Positions 9,414-17,851 of a DNA stretch of 64,000 nucleotides are shown in pieces; positions within the stretch are counted from its first letter, which is position 1; each line of letters begins with the position of its first letter. A program made the translations under genes and the position numbers. Source of the DNA: a virus (Duplodnaviria; Caudoviricetes); IMG/VR virus record IMGVR_UViG_3300034161_000008, positions 154,437 to 218,436 of that record; one strand, given 5' to 3'. The notes below the pieces were generated by a model. That model made no database searches. It had not been told where the DNA came from and saw only the letters and a program-made list of their open reading frames with translations.

Positions 9414-10397
9414 ATGGCTATTAAAGCAGTTATTGGTTTTGAGCACTTGCCTCAGAACGACGTCACCTGGGCTAACTTTGCAACGCATGGTCTGACGCGA
9501 GCAGCGGACAGTTCGCTCAAGAGCGTAATTGTTAATGGTTGGATCGTTGACAAGGATACTGGTGGCTCGGCGTGCCGTTACAGCATCCCCCTGACCCAGT
9601 ACATTCAAGCACCAGTTAACAAAATCTGGTTCAGCGTGCGCCTGCGTGTCAACCAGAACCCTAACGGAGCGGCAGGTATTATCTACCTGAACAATTCGTA
9701 TTTGGTGATCATCAACGAACTCCTCCCATTTGCACTGGGTACGGCGTATCACTTGGAGTTCAGTTACGATGTGACTACTGGTGTGATTGAGCGCTGGCTG
9801 AATGGCACCAAGATGTCGAACTCGACGTACAGTCCAGGCCCTGGCATTCGCGCCCTGACCTTTGGGTTGGAAGGGAAAGGCAGTGTGGCGGCCATGATCG
9901 ACTGGCGCGATATCAACGTCGTCGATGACCAAGGTGTCTCGCTGGGCTTCCCAGTTGGTCCACTGGGGCCTCGTGAAGTTGTTCCAGTGACGTTTGATAC
10001 CGTAGATGGTAGCGATTGGACCACCACCCCAAATGGCACTTCGTTGTTGACTGCGGTGAGCGAACCCGGTAGTGACCCTACTGCCAAGTACGCAACATCC
10101 AACATCAATAGCAAAGGTCCTCTGACGGCCAGCATGATCGCTACTATCCCGGCTGGCAAGAACGTCGCAGCAATCGAAATGATTGCCACCGTTCAATCCA
10201 ACGGCTCCGCTGCGGTCAACAACGCCACCAAGCTGAAGAAAGGTACAGATGAAGTGGCTGGCAGCTTTCTCAGTGCGCCATCGGGGTCGTGGAACTTCAA
10301 CGCATCATTGGGTGTTTTCCATAAAGCACCCGGTGGTCAGAACTGGACCAACGCAACAATCGACGCTACTAGCGTTGTATTGACGCCTGACGTCTAA
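9414..10397 (+). CDS. Family B GFEH-domain protein (putative lectin-like fibre head)
   Basis: 327 aa; IGFEH, DINVVDD...PVGPLGP, C-terminal PGGQNWTNATID. Confidence 0.6.
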   Translation: MAIKAVIGFEHLPQNDVTWANFATHGLTRAADSSLKSVIVNGWIVDKDTGGSACRYSIPLTQYIQAPVNKIWFSVRLRVNQNPNGAAGIIYLNNSYLVIINELLPFALGTAYHLEFSYDVTTGVIERWLNGTKMSNSTYSPGPGIRALTFGLEGKGSVAAMIDWRDINVVDDQGVSLGFPVGPLGPREVVPVTFDTVDGSDWTTTPNGTSLLTAVSEPGSDPTAKYATSNINSKGPLTASMIATIPAGKNVAAIEMIATVQSNGSAAVNNATKLKKGTDEVAGSFLSAPSGSWNFNASLGVFHKAPGGQNWTNATIDATSVVLTPDV

Positions 10398-10408
10398 GGA
10401 GTAAAAGC

Positions 10409-10999
10409 ATGCCTACTCCAGTTAAATTAGGGTCGATTCAAGGTTACGCCTTGACTTCGTCTGCTGTTGCAATGCGGGTAGGAGCTATACAGGGGTACGC
10501 CTTGGTGCGTACTCCTAACCTCCCCAACTTCGCGCTGACTCTGTCTGCTGCGTTGCTTGCTGCGTTGAATAAACAATATCTGACAAGCTTTACAGCCACT
10601 CAGATTTCGTTTGGTCCACCAGTTGCATTGGTTAATGACCCGGACTACAACACCACCAGCTTGCTGACCACCAATCGTACGTCTGGCTACACTGGCAACA
10701 AGACCATGCGTTACAATCGCGTGGACTTCTCGCTGGCGTTGCAAGGTAAAGACCCTGCACTACCCACCACCGGTATGGGGTCTACGATTTGGACTTCGTT
10801 GGCAGCTATCAATACCAAATTTGGCTGGAGTCTGACGACGGCTGATGTTGTGGACAAACCCATCACTGGGTTGACAGGTTTCAGTCTCGTTGCGACCGAT
10901 ACCAATCCGTTCATGATCCCTGGTTCGTTTGTGCGTATCGGCAATCAGATCCCAACCATGGCAACGGCTTTCCCACAGGTCGAGATCTTCGCCTTCTAA
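10409..10999 (+). CDS. Family A protein with tandem N-terminal motif
   Basis: 196 aa; VKLGSIQGYAL / MRVGAIQGYAL; MRYNRVDF, FGWSLTTADV. Confidence 0.7.
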   Translation: MPTPVKLGSIQGYALTSSAVAMRVGAIQGYALVRTPNLPNFALTLSAALLAALNKQYLTSFTATQISFGPPVALVNDPDYNTTSLLTTNRTSGYTGNKTMRYNRVDFSLALQGKDPALPTTGMGSTIWTSLAAINTKFGWSLTTADVVDKPITGLTGFSLVATDTNPFMIPGSFVRIGNQIPTMATAFPQVEIFAF

Positions 11000-11024
11000 G
11001 TGCCGCGTGCACGGAGACATCACA

Positions 11025-11996
11025 ATGAGTATGCGCCACATTTTTGGCTTTGATCACATCCCGTTGGGGGCTGTCGATCTCTCCCAGTATTTCGATACAC
11101 GTTTGGTTAACTACCTAGGTAACGGTGCCACTGCTGGCAGCACGGCATTGGCTGGTGGTTGGGTGTCCGGTGCAGGGACTTCTACCTTTCAATCCCTTGT
11201 GTTGCCAGTCTACAACGACACACCCACCCACATCGTGATTGGGTTTCGCGCTCGTTTGGCAAACGCATTCAGCGCTACGTTGTCGACCCCGATGCAAATG
11301 GTGAATGGTTCCACGTTTACCTCCGTCGGTACGCAAGCTGAATTGGATGCCAGTCAGGTTAAAACCTCGGCAGGGGATTACTTCAGTTACGATATCAACC
11401 TAGTCAGTGGCGTGATGCGCCGCTGGATTGGTAAATTGGAACTGCCGTCGATCACCTACACCCCGGCTAACTTGAAGGCTGCGATTTACCTCCTTTCAAG
11501 TCAAGCCTACAATAGCACCTACGCGGCCTATCAATTCCGCGACATCTACATCGGCGATAACTTCGACGGTATTGATGTCAACGTACTGGGTGATCGTGTG
11601 GTTAACTCGCTGCCGGTTAAATCTGCGGTCGGTGCTAACTGGGCTGCAACTGATGCAGGTCCGTTGGTCACTGCGCTGAACAAGGCATGGGTTACTGGTG
11701 CGACTGATGTTACTGCCAGTAACCTGGTGGATAATGGCGGGATTCGCGTTCAGTTCAACCAGCTCGGCGCTACCAGCGATATCGATGCCGTTCAAGTCGA
11801 AGCTGCTGGTGCTGTTGGTACGCCTACTACGGGCATCAAGATCGCTCGTGAGAACGACGCTACCGGCAAAACCTTTACGGCGGCGGCTGCTGTGAAGTGG
11901 GGTGCTCGCAGTCCTATCTACCAATTGAAATCTGATGGTTCGAAGATCACTGCTGTGGACTTCGCGTCGATGAATTTCGATATCTCTGGCGTTTAA
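11025..11996 (+). CDS. Family B GFDH-domain protein (putative lectin-like fibre head)
   Basis: Start moved to the ATG at 11025 (GGAG upstream), giving MSMRHIFGFDH; FRDIYIGD...LGDRVV boundary motif. Confidence 0.6.
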   Translation: MSMRHIFGFDHIPLGAVDLSQYFDTRLVNYLGNGATAGSTALAGGWVSGAGTSTFQSLVLPVYNDTPTHIVIGFRARLANAFSATLSTPMQMVNGSTFTSVGTQAELDASQVKTSAGDYFSYDINLVSGVMRRWIGKLELPSITYTPANLKAAIYLLSSQAYNSTYAAYQFRDIYIGDNFDGIDVNVLGDRVVNSLPVKSAVGANWAATDAGPLVTALNKAWVTGATDVTASNLVDNGGIRVQFNQLGATSDIDAVQVEAAGAVGTPTTGIKIARENDATGKTFTAAAAVKWGARSPIYQLKSDGSKITAVDFASMNFDISGV

Positions 11997-12006
11997 GGGG
12001 TAGACC

Positions 12007-12618
12007 ATGTCCCAAAAACTCAGGCAAGTCCATGCCCTAGTGTTGCGAGCACCACCACCGGGTGTCAGGTTGCGTCAAGTACATGCTCTGACTTTGGCAG
12101 GTCCTAACTCGTTGGGGATTGCTGCGGGTAAGAAAGCATCTGACGCATTGAAGGCTGCGATCATGGCGACAGCGTCGACTGCCGGTAAGGCTATCCTCGC
12201 TACTGACTTCACAATGGAAGACCCGGTAGCTATTACCGGCGTCAAGAACACCAGCGTGAAGATCAACACCGCTAACATTGATGCAGTCACTGGTTCTCAG
12301 ACGCTGCGTTACAACCGGAAGTCGTTAACGTCTGCTGCTTATCTCTTCACTACTGCTATTGAAGTGGGCACCACTGCCACCTCGGTACTGGCTGTGCTGA
12401 GTCAGATCAATGCCCTCACAGGCGTTGTGTTTGAAGCACGCGACTTTGAGGATACTGCGATTGGGGTTGGTGCTACTCAGGTCGCTCTGAAGGCAGCCAC
12501 AACCTCGTACATCTTTATCCCAGGCACCACGCTTGTTATTCAGACTCACGCAACTTTCCCATCGCTGTCCGATCTGATTACACAACCACACCTCAGTGGT
12601 TTTACTCCTGCATCCTAA
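12007..12618 (+). CDS. Family A protein with tandem N-terminal motif
   Basis: 203 aa; KLRQVHALVL / RLRQVHALTL; LRYNRKSL; ends HLSGFTPAS. Confidence 0.7.
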   Translation: MSQKLRQVHALVLRAPPPGVRLRQVHALTLAGPNSLGIAAGKKASDALKAAIMATASTAGKAILATDFTMEDPVAITGVKNTSVKINTANIDAVTGSQTLRYNRKSLTSAAYLFTTAIEVGTTATSVLAVLSQINALTGVVFEARDFEDTAIGVGATQVALKAATTSYIFIPGTTLVIQTHATFPSLSDLITQPHLSGFTPAS

Positions 12619-12623
12619 AGATG

Positions 12624-12660
12624 CGGCATAAAGCCGGGCCCGAAGCCCGGCCTTATGCTG
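12624..12660. terminator. Bidirectional hairpin between convergent genes (TATGCCG family)
   Basis: CGGCATAAAGCCGGG ... CCCGGCCTTATGCTG inverted repeat between stops at 12618 (+) and 12668 (-). Confidence 0.8.
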
Positions 12661-12667
12661 TCAACGA

Positions 12668-13192
12668 TTACTGAGCTGGGGTGAAGCCAGTCAGTTGGTC
12701 GTTGGCCACTGCGGTTTCCAACGGAACGTCGGTGTCAGCCAAGGTCAGAACGACCGAGTCATTGCCCACGTACAGCAGGGAGCCAGCAACGGCAGCCAGA
12801 GTGATCGAACCAGGGGTGGCTTCGTCAGCTGGCAGAACCAGATCAGAAACTTCCACGTCCGAAGCAACCAGGCCGAACAGTGCAACCAGCTGTGCTTTAA
12901 CTTCAGCAGCGGTTGCAGCAGGATCAACAACAACACCAGCAGCGGCAGCAGCGGCGGCCGAAGCAGTACCGGTCAACACGCCCAGACGGGTGTAGTCAAC
13001 GGTTTTGGTGCCGCTGAAGCCAGCGTTGGCAACAGCAGTGATCACGACTTGGGTGTTACGGCCGTTGGCGCCCGCGAAGACGCTTGGCACGCCAAAGGTA
13101 ACTTTGGCAGGGGTCAGCGCGAGACCGTTGTTGTCGGCAATGATCTGGTCGACAAGGTTTTGGACGGCGCTGTTTGCGGCATTGATAAGCAT
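12668..13192 (-). CDS. Minimal single-domain family A virion protein
   Basis: Start moved to the ATG at 13192 (GGAG 6 nt upstream); VDYTRLGV, FGLVASDV, AGSLLYVG, ends QLTGFTPAQ. Confidence 0.7.
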   Translation of the reverse strand: MLINAANSAVQNLVDQIIADNNGLALTPAKVTFGVPSVFAGANGRNTQVVITAVANAGFSGTKTVDYTRLGVLTGTASAAAAAAAGVVVDPAATAAEVKAQLVALFGLVASDVEVSDLVLPADEATPGSITLAAVAGSLLYVGNDSVVLTLADTDVPLETAVANDQLTGFTPAQ

Positions 13193-13230
13193 GATAAGCT
13201 CCATGGGCCATATAGACTTGCGACGGCAAG

Positions 13231-13237
13231 CCTCATA
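13231..13237 (-). promoter_or_regulatory. Putative late (nvRNAP) promoter, TATG
   Basis: Minus strand TTTCTATGAGG about 40 nt upstream of the 13192 start; TATG is the known phiKZ late consensus. Confidence 0.5.
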
Positions 13238-13274
13238 GAAATAGTAAAAACTTACTACTCTACCCCATAGAACC

Positions 13275-13300
13275 AAAAAAAAAAAGAGTGGGGACTCTTT
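13275..13300 (-). terminator. Intrinsic terminator
   Basis: Minus strand AAAGAGT-CCCC-ACTCTTT running into T11, downstream of the 13325 ORF. Confidence 0.7.
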
Positions 13301-13324
13301 CAAGCCCCCGTACCACCAAGATCG

Positions 13325-13999
13325 TTAGATCTTAGTAGTCTTTGATTCTTCATGCTCGCTGCGATGCAATGCCAGACGGAATTCGATACCAGCCTTCCAG
13401 GTTAGTGTCGCACGAGCGCCGACCAAGAACGTAGTACCCAGCCAAGCCAGATACAGATCTTGTTCTTTGTCCGAGCCGTCTTTGGCTTTGGATTCTTCAC
13501 GACCGGTGTTCACCCAGCTCCAGGTGCCACCAACCAATTCCAGCAGGTGCATGCGCTTGGCATGGTCTGCTCCGTTGCGACCGGCCAATACAAACAGGGC
13601 CAGCTCCAGGGACATCGACGAGTGGTCGACGGTCATTGCTTTGTAGCCTTCGGACTTCTTGATCAGACGTTCGTAAGCTTCGAGGTTGTATTCGTGGGCC
13701 AGGTCAGTCAGGCGCAGTGGTTGGCCTTCGTGCTGGGTTGCCAATGCTGGCGGGATGTCGACAGGTGTGTTGATCACGAGGTTAGGCTCCACTGGAAGGT
13801 AATGTTTAGTGGAAGAATCTACAACGTGTTCGCTGTGCTGGTATTCGTTGTCGTGTGCCAGCTTATCGAGGGAGCCTTCTGCAAAGACTTTCGGTTGATC
13901 AGCATGGACGTGGTGAACGCCACCGGCTGCTGCTGCATCAAGTGCTTTAGCATTGTCGACGATAGTGCGTTTCTTGCGTTTGTACGATACAGCTACCAT
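13325..13999 (-). CDS. Hypothetical early protein with basic N-terminus (YKRKKR)
   Basis: 224 aa; RBS GAGG; early-type promoter about 60 nt upstream; no family recognised. Confidence 0.65.
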   Translation of the reverse strand: MVAVSYKRKKRTIVDNAKALDAAAAGGVHHVHADQPKVFAEGSLDKLAHDNEYQHSEHVVDSSTKHYLPVEPNLVINTPVDIPPALATQHEGQPLRLTDLAHEYNLEAYERLIKKSEGYKAMTVDHSSMSLELALFVLAGRNGADHAKRMHLLELVGGTWSWVNTGREESKAKDGSDKEQDLYLAWLGTTFLVGARATLTWKAGIEFRLALHRSEHEESKTTKI

Positions 14000-14057
14000 T
14001 CTTGAATTCCTCTAAGAGCGCAATTTAATCATGGTCTTAAATAACAAGGACCACCTT

Positions 14058-14067
14058 GGTGATATGT
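14058..14067 (-). promoter_or_regulatory. Putative early (vRNAP) promoter
   Basis: ACATATCACC on the minus strand, a variant of the phiKZ early TATATTAC; related motifs at 18283, 54663, 59456. Confidence 0.5.
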
Positions 14068-14186
14068 GGCTATAGGATTTTTTGATCCGATACAAAACGT
14101 ATACTATGAACTTACCTTACCGTCGGTTCTCCTTCTTGCAACAGACGACTGACGACTGCTCTGGCCAGTGGTTGAATGTCATTTAT

Positions 14187-14260
14187 AGAGAGTCCATTGG
14201 GCTCTCTTTTTTATGCCGCAAAATAAAAGAGGCTGCCTTTTTAGGGGCAGCCTCTATGCC
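14187..14260. terminator. Twin hairpins, each followed by TATGCC
   Basis: AGAGAGTCC-ATT-GGGCTCTCT-T5-ATGCCGC and AGAGGCTGCC...GGCAGCCTCT-ATGCC; the second can terminate the minus-strand 14262 ORF. Confidence 0.7.
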
Positions 14261-14261
14261 A

Positions 14262-15641
14262 TTAGGCCTGTGCGGTTTTGTGAGCCATGTCCACATGAAC
14301 TGCTTGACCAGAAGTCCCGGACTCGCGCTGTTCTTCAGCAGGAGCTGGGGTTTCTTTCGGCAGGCCGTATTCGTTGTTGAACGATACGAACACCCACTTG
14401 TCGTCTTGCAGTTCGCTCAGCGGGATTTCCGCCGTGGTGGTTGCAAAGCCCAGATCGACATCAACGATCACGGACTCATCACCCACTTCGCTGACGATAA
14501 CCTGAGTACCGATGTGTTCCAGTTGCAGGCGAACGCCTTTAGTGACTTTCGGAAGACGACGGAACAACGTTTCGAACAGACTGACAGAAATCACAGCCAG
14601 CTCGCTTTCACCGGTAGGTACGAAGCCACCGTACACCAGACCGCCTTTGCACTCGTTGGCTTCGAAGTAGCGCGAGTCAGCACCCAGGAGACGATAAGTA
14701 CCCAGCTGAACCGACAGATCAGGAAGACCGCTGATACGCAGTTCAGGATCGAAGGTTGAACGCAGCTCTACATCAGCACGAGCAACGTTGCTGTGGTGGT
14801 CAGCAATGTCGCTATCGGCCAGTTGCTGGTCGTCACCGGCCGGTGCACCCAGTTGACCAGTAACCATGAAGTTCGGTACGGCAATAGCCGACAGAGGTTT
14901 GGCTTCGCGTTGACTGATTGGTCCTGCAATCAGGCGCTGGTTGATGCTGAACTCGGCGTTGTCCAGTTCTTTGCCATCGACGTGTACGAACAGACGGATG
15001 TCTTCACGATTGATGCTGATCAGCAGGGAGGCGTCCTCGCCATCTACTTGAAAGCCAGCATCGGCGATCGGGATTTCGATACGTACGAAATTGTCGTTCG
15101 CACGCAGACGTTCTTGCAGCGGGGAACACAGCTTGATGATTTCTTCTTGGTTCGTGATGTTCATGTCGGGCTCGTCCGTCGTTGGTGGAGTCAGTTCCGC
15201 CGCAGGTGCATGCTCATTAACCCATTCAGCCATCTGCATCAGGGTAATGGTCGGTTCGCTGGCCATCACATTTCCGCGTTCGTCGCGGAATTGGAAGGTC
15301 AACTTTTGGGTGCCGGTGTCAAAGAACGCCAGATCAACTGCTTCGATCTGATTGTAGTGCGTGAGCACCGTGCCGAGAGGCAGGCCTTCCAGCTTGCGCA
15401 GGAGACCAGCCACCTTTGCCGCTGGCGTCGGGCCGGGGGCAGAGATAGCATCAACAGCAACCCAGTCAGGACTGTAAGCCAGCTCGTAAGTTGGCACCCA
15501 TTCCTTGTCGACCAGGTTTTCGTTGGTGTAGTAGTGCAGGGTATCGTTTTCACCCTTCTTGATGTACGTGCCTTCAGGCCAGCTTTCCAGCCGATAGGAG
15601 TGTCCACGTTCCAGGCCGTGCAGCGCTTGATTAAGATTCAT
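14262..15641 (-). CDS. Multidomain protein with N-terminal DUF2829/Tad2-like domain
   Basis: 459 aa; MNLNQALHGLERGHSYRLESW...YI...WVPT......DW matches the DUF2829 pattern by eye; the remaining ~400 aa are unrecognised. Confidence 0.55.
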   Translation of the reverse strand: MNLNQALHGLERGHSYRLESWPEGTYIKKGENDTLHYYTNENLVDKEWVPTYELAYSPDWVAVDAISAPGPTPAAKVAGLLRKLEGLPLGTVLTHYNQIEAVDLAFFDTGTQKLTFQFRDERGNVMASEPTITLMQMAEWVNEHAPAAELTPPTTDEPDMNITNQEEIIKLCSPLQERLRANDNFVRIEIPIADAGFQVDGEDASLLISINREDIRLFVHVDGKELDNAEFSINQRLIAGPISQREAKPLSAIAVPNFMVTGQLGAPAGDDQQLADSDIADHHSNVARADVELRSTFDPELRISGLPDLSVQLGTYRLLGADSRYFEANECKGGLVYGGFVPTGESELAVISVSLFETLFRRLPKVTKGVRLQLEHIGTQVIVSEVGDESVIVDVDLGFATTTAEIPLSELQDDKWVFVSFNNEYGLPKETPAPAEEQRESGTSGQAVHVDMAHKTAQA

Positions 15642-16390
15642 TATTGCTCTCCATGTACTTGAGTGGCTTTAACTTTAGCTTGCGCAGTGAATTGTTTGTC
15701 AGCAGGCGCCAGTTCGTAACGCACGCTGTTGACGCGGGAGAAGGTAACTTCGCCATCGCGAGGGTCAATAACCATTACGGTCAGGTCGGTGAGTTCGCCG
15801 CCTTCGGTGTAGTCATCGCCTGGATTATCGGTAGCCACAATTGCCCAGTCATCGCCATGGCTCATTGCGCTCGCCGAGTAGAAGCCTTTGCGGACTTGCA
15901 ATACTTCACCTGGGAAGAACGCACGTTGCTGCGATTGCAGTGGACCGAAGAAAGCTTTGAAGGCTTTCTCTGGAGTCAGTTGCTCGCTATCGTCGCCATG
16001 ACCTTGGCCTTCTTTCTCAGGTAGCGACTGGCGGTAAAGCTCCAGTTGTTCGTCGCTGATGTAGAACTGGTTAGGCTTGTCTTGCGTCGGGGATTGCTTT
16101 TTGCTACGACCCAACACTCCGACGAAACGAACGCCTTCGTCATCAACGGTGCACCACGACTCGCCGCCTTGCTGGCCGGTGAGTACGTAGTCTTTGTCTT
16201 CGGTCAGGGTGCCGGGAATGGATGCAACAGCCTTGGCGGTGATTTCGCCGTCACGTACAATGATCTGGCGAATCACGCAGCCTGGGTTATCACAGCGGTG
16301 CAACGATGCAAGTACATCCTCGCGGGTACGTGGCTTACCCACACCCATCAGACCGTCGAGGAGTTCCATGATACGTGGTTGGTTAGTCAT
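15641..16390 (-). CDS. Hypothetical protein
   Basis: 249 aa; RBS AAGGA; stop overlaps the next start; C-terminal FPGEVLQVRKG resembles an SH3/KOW-like barrel. Confidence 0.65.
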   Translation of the reverse strand: MTNQPRIMELLDGLMGVGKPRTREDVLASLHRCDNPGCVIRQIIVRDGEITAKAVASIPGTLTEDKDYVLTGQQGGESWCTVDDEGVRFVGVLGRSKKQSPTQDKPNQFYISDEQLELYRQSLPEKEGQGHGDDSEQLTPEKAFKAFFGPLQSQQRAFFPGEVLQVRKGFYSASAMSHGDDWAIVATDNPGDDYTEGGELTDLTVMVIDPRDGEVTFSRVNSVRYELAPADKQFTAQAKVKATQVHGEQ

Positions 16391-16413
16391 TCTACTGCTT
16401 CCTTCTATCGGTA

Positions 16414-16449
16414 GGGCATAGGAAGAGAGGCCATCCAGCCTCTCTCCTA
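16414..16449 (-). terminator. Hairpin followed by TATGCCC
   Basis: GGAAGAGAGGC...GCCTCTCTCC; on the minus strand it is followed by CTATGCCC. Confidence 0.55.
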
Positions 16450-16456
16450 AGTTTGA

Positions 16457-16753
16457 TTATTGGTTGTCTTGATCGATTTTTGTTTCTTGAACGATGCGCG
16501 CTGCTTCATCCAGAAGCTTAAACGAATCATCCGCAGGGTTTTCGTACTCGATGTAGATACCATCTTTCCCGCCTTCGTAATCAGGGCGCTTGATGGTGGG
16601 GTTGAAACGGTCGAAGCACAAATTGTTGGCGCACTCAATGATCGTAGCACCATCCTTGTGGGCCTGGTAAATCACGTCATAGAGATTTGAAGGTGCTGCA
16701 TTAGCTGCCGAAGAAACGAGAGCCATTGCAACGAACAACGATTTGATTTTCAT
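16457..16753 (-). CDS. Small secreted/periplasmic protein
   Basis: 98 aa; Sec-type signal MKIKSLFVAMALVSSAANA. Confidence 0.65.
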   Translation of the reverse strand: MKIKSLFVAMALVSSAANAAPSNLYDVIYQAHKDGATIIECANNLCFDRFNPTIKRPDYEGGKDGIYIEYENPADDSFKLLDEAARIVQETKIDQDNQ

Positions 16754-16771
16754 GAAGCAGGTCCTTAGCCA

Positions 16772-17416
16772 TCAGGGCTTGGGAGGTATGTTAAAGTAGG
16801 CGTCCGCCCACTCCTTGAGTTGTTTCCGTACACTCTCCACATCACCGGTAGCGTCAATACGCACCATGCGGTGAGGATTCTTTCTGAATCGTTCTTCGTA
16901 ACCACGCTGTACGCGTCTGAAGAAATCCAACGATTCTTGGTCAAGTCTGTCAGCCTTACCACTACGACCCGCTAAACGTTTCATGCGAAGCTTTAGCGGA
17001 GCAGCAAAGTACAACGTGACGTCAGGTTCGAACCCGTTCAACACGATGCGCTCTAACAGTCTTACTTCCTTACGAAACCCACGACCCACGGCTTGATACG
17101 CCCACGACGAATCGGAGAAGCGATCGCACAAGACAGTGTTGCCTTGTTGCATGTGTGGTTCGATCACGCCTTTTACATGTTGCGAGCGAGCTGCCCACAT
17201 CAGTAAGAGTTCAGTGTGTTCTGTAAGTTGTTCTTGCGTACTTGGACGTGGCATCAACAGCTGCTCTCGAAACTGCTCAGCGATTGGTGTACCGCCAGGC
17301 TCACGAGTTCGGATACACGGCACCCCATTTTCCTTGAGGTAGTCAAATAGCCAATACAAGCCAGTGGTTTTGCCAGCCCCGTCGGGACCTTCAACTGTAA
17401 TGAATTTACCCGACAT
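16772..17416 (-). CDS. tmk: Thymidylate kinase
   Basis: ITVEGPDGAGKTT P-loop, TREPGGT, LCDRFSDSSWAYQ, DRLDQESLDFF. Confidence 0.95.
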   Translation of the reverse strand: MSGKFITVEGPDGAGKTTGLYWLFDYLKENGVPCIRTREPGGTPIAEQFREQLLMPRPSTQEQLTEHTELLLMWAARSQHVKGVIEPHMQQGNTVLCDRFSDSSWAYQAVGRGFRKEVRLLERIVLNGFEPDVTLYFAAPLKLRMKRLAGRSGKADRLDQESLDFFRRVQRGYEERFRKNPHRMVRIDATGDVESVRKQLKEWADAYFNIPPKP

Positions 17417-17427
17417 GACGCTTTACC

Positions 17428-17841
17428 TTAGTACGATTGGTACTCGGTACTAAAGCCCGAGTCTCTGTCAAAGAACATGCCTTCGATACGAAAGTAATCA
17501 ATCAAACCTTCGCACTTCGATTGCATGAAGACTGGATACAGACAACGCATCAGTCTGGAACTGAATGCTCGTATCCCGAGACACTTCAGTGCCTCTTGTG
17601 ACCAGCTGGTGACTAACTTGAAAGCTATCTTGCACAAGTTACCACCGATCTGCATTGAGATCCAACCCCAGCGATGCTCAGGACGAATCACAAAGTTTTT
17701 AGCTTCGAGCACAATCCCAACTCCGGGGACTACCTCGATTCTGCGAAGGAAGGGCGCGTATCCGAATCGCGCTTCTATCGCATTATGACGACGGTTGGCG
17801 GCAGTGGTCCTCACTTTTCGCCGTTCCTTTATCTCGTCCAT
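17428..17841 (-). CDS. Hypothetical protein
   Basis: 137 aa ORF in operon, 10 nt after the upstream stop. Confidence 0.6.
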   Translation of the reverse strand: MDEIKERRKVRTTAANRRHNAIEARFGYAPFLRRIEVVPGVGIVLEAKNFVIRPEHRWGWISMQIGGNLCKIAFKLVTSWSQEALKCLGIRAFSSRLMRCLYPVFMQSKCEGLIDYFRIEGMFFDRDSGFSTEYQSY

Positions 17842-17851
17842 TGCTTATTCC

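Noticed and set aside
3-12618. Diversity-generating retroelement or shufflon driving the fibre array
   Set aside because: No reverse transcriptase or recombinase in the window, no long near-identical TR/VR pair, and all cassettes are co-oriented without inverted crossover sites.
13275-13285. A11 run as a phase-variation tract
   Set aside because: It is intergenic and is the U-tract of a minus-strand terminator.
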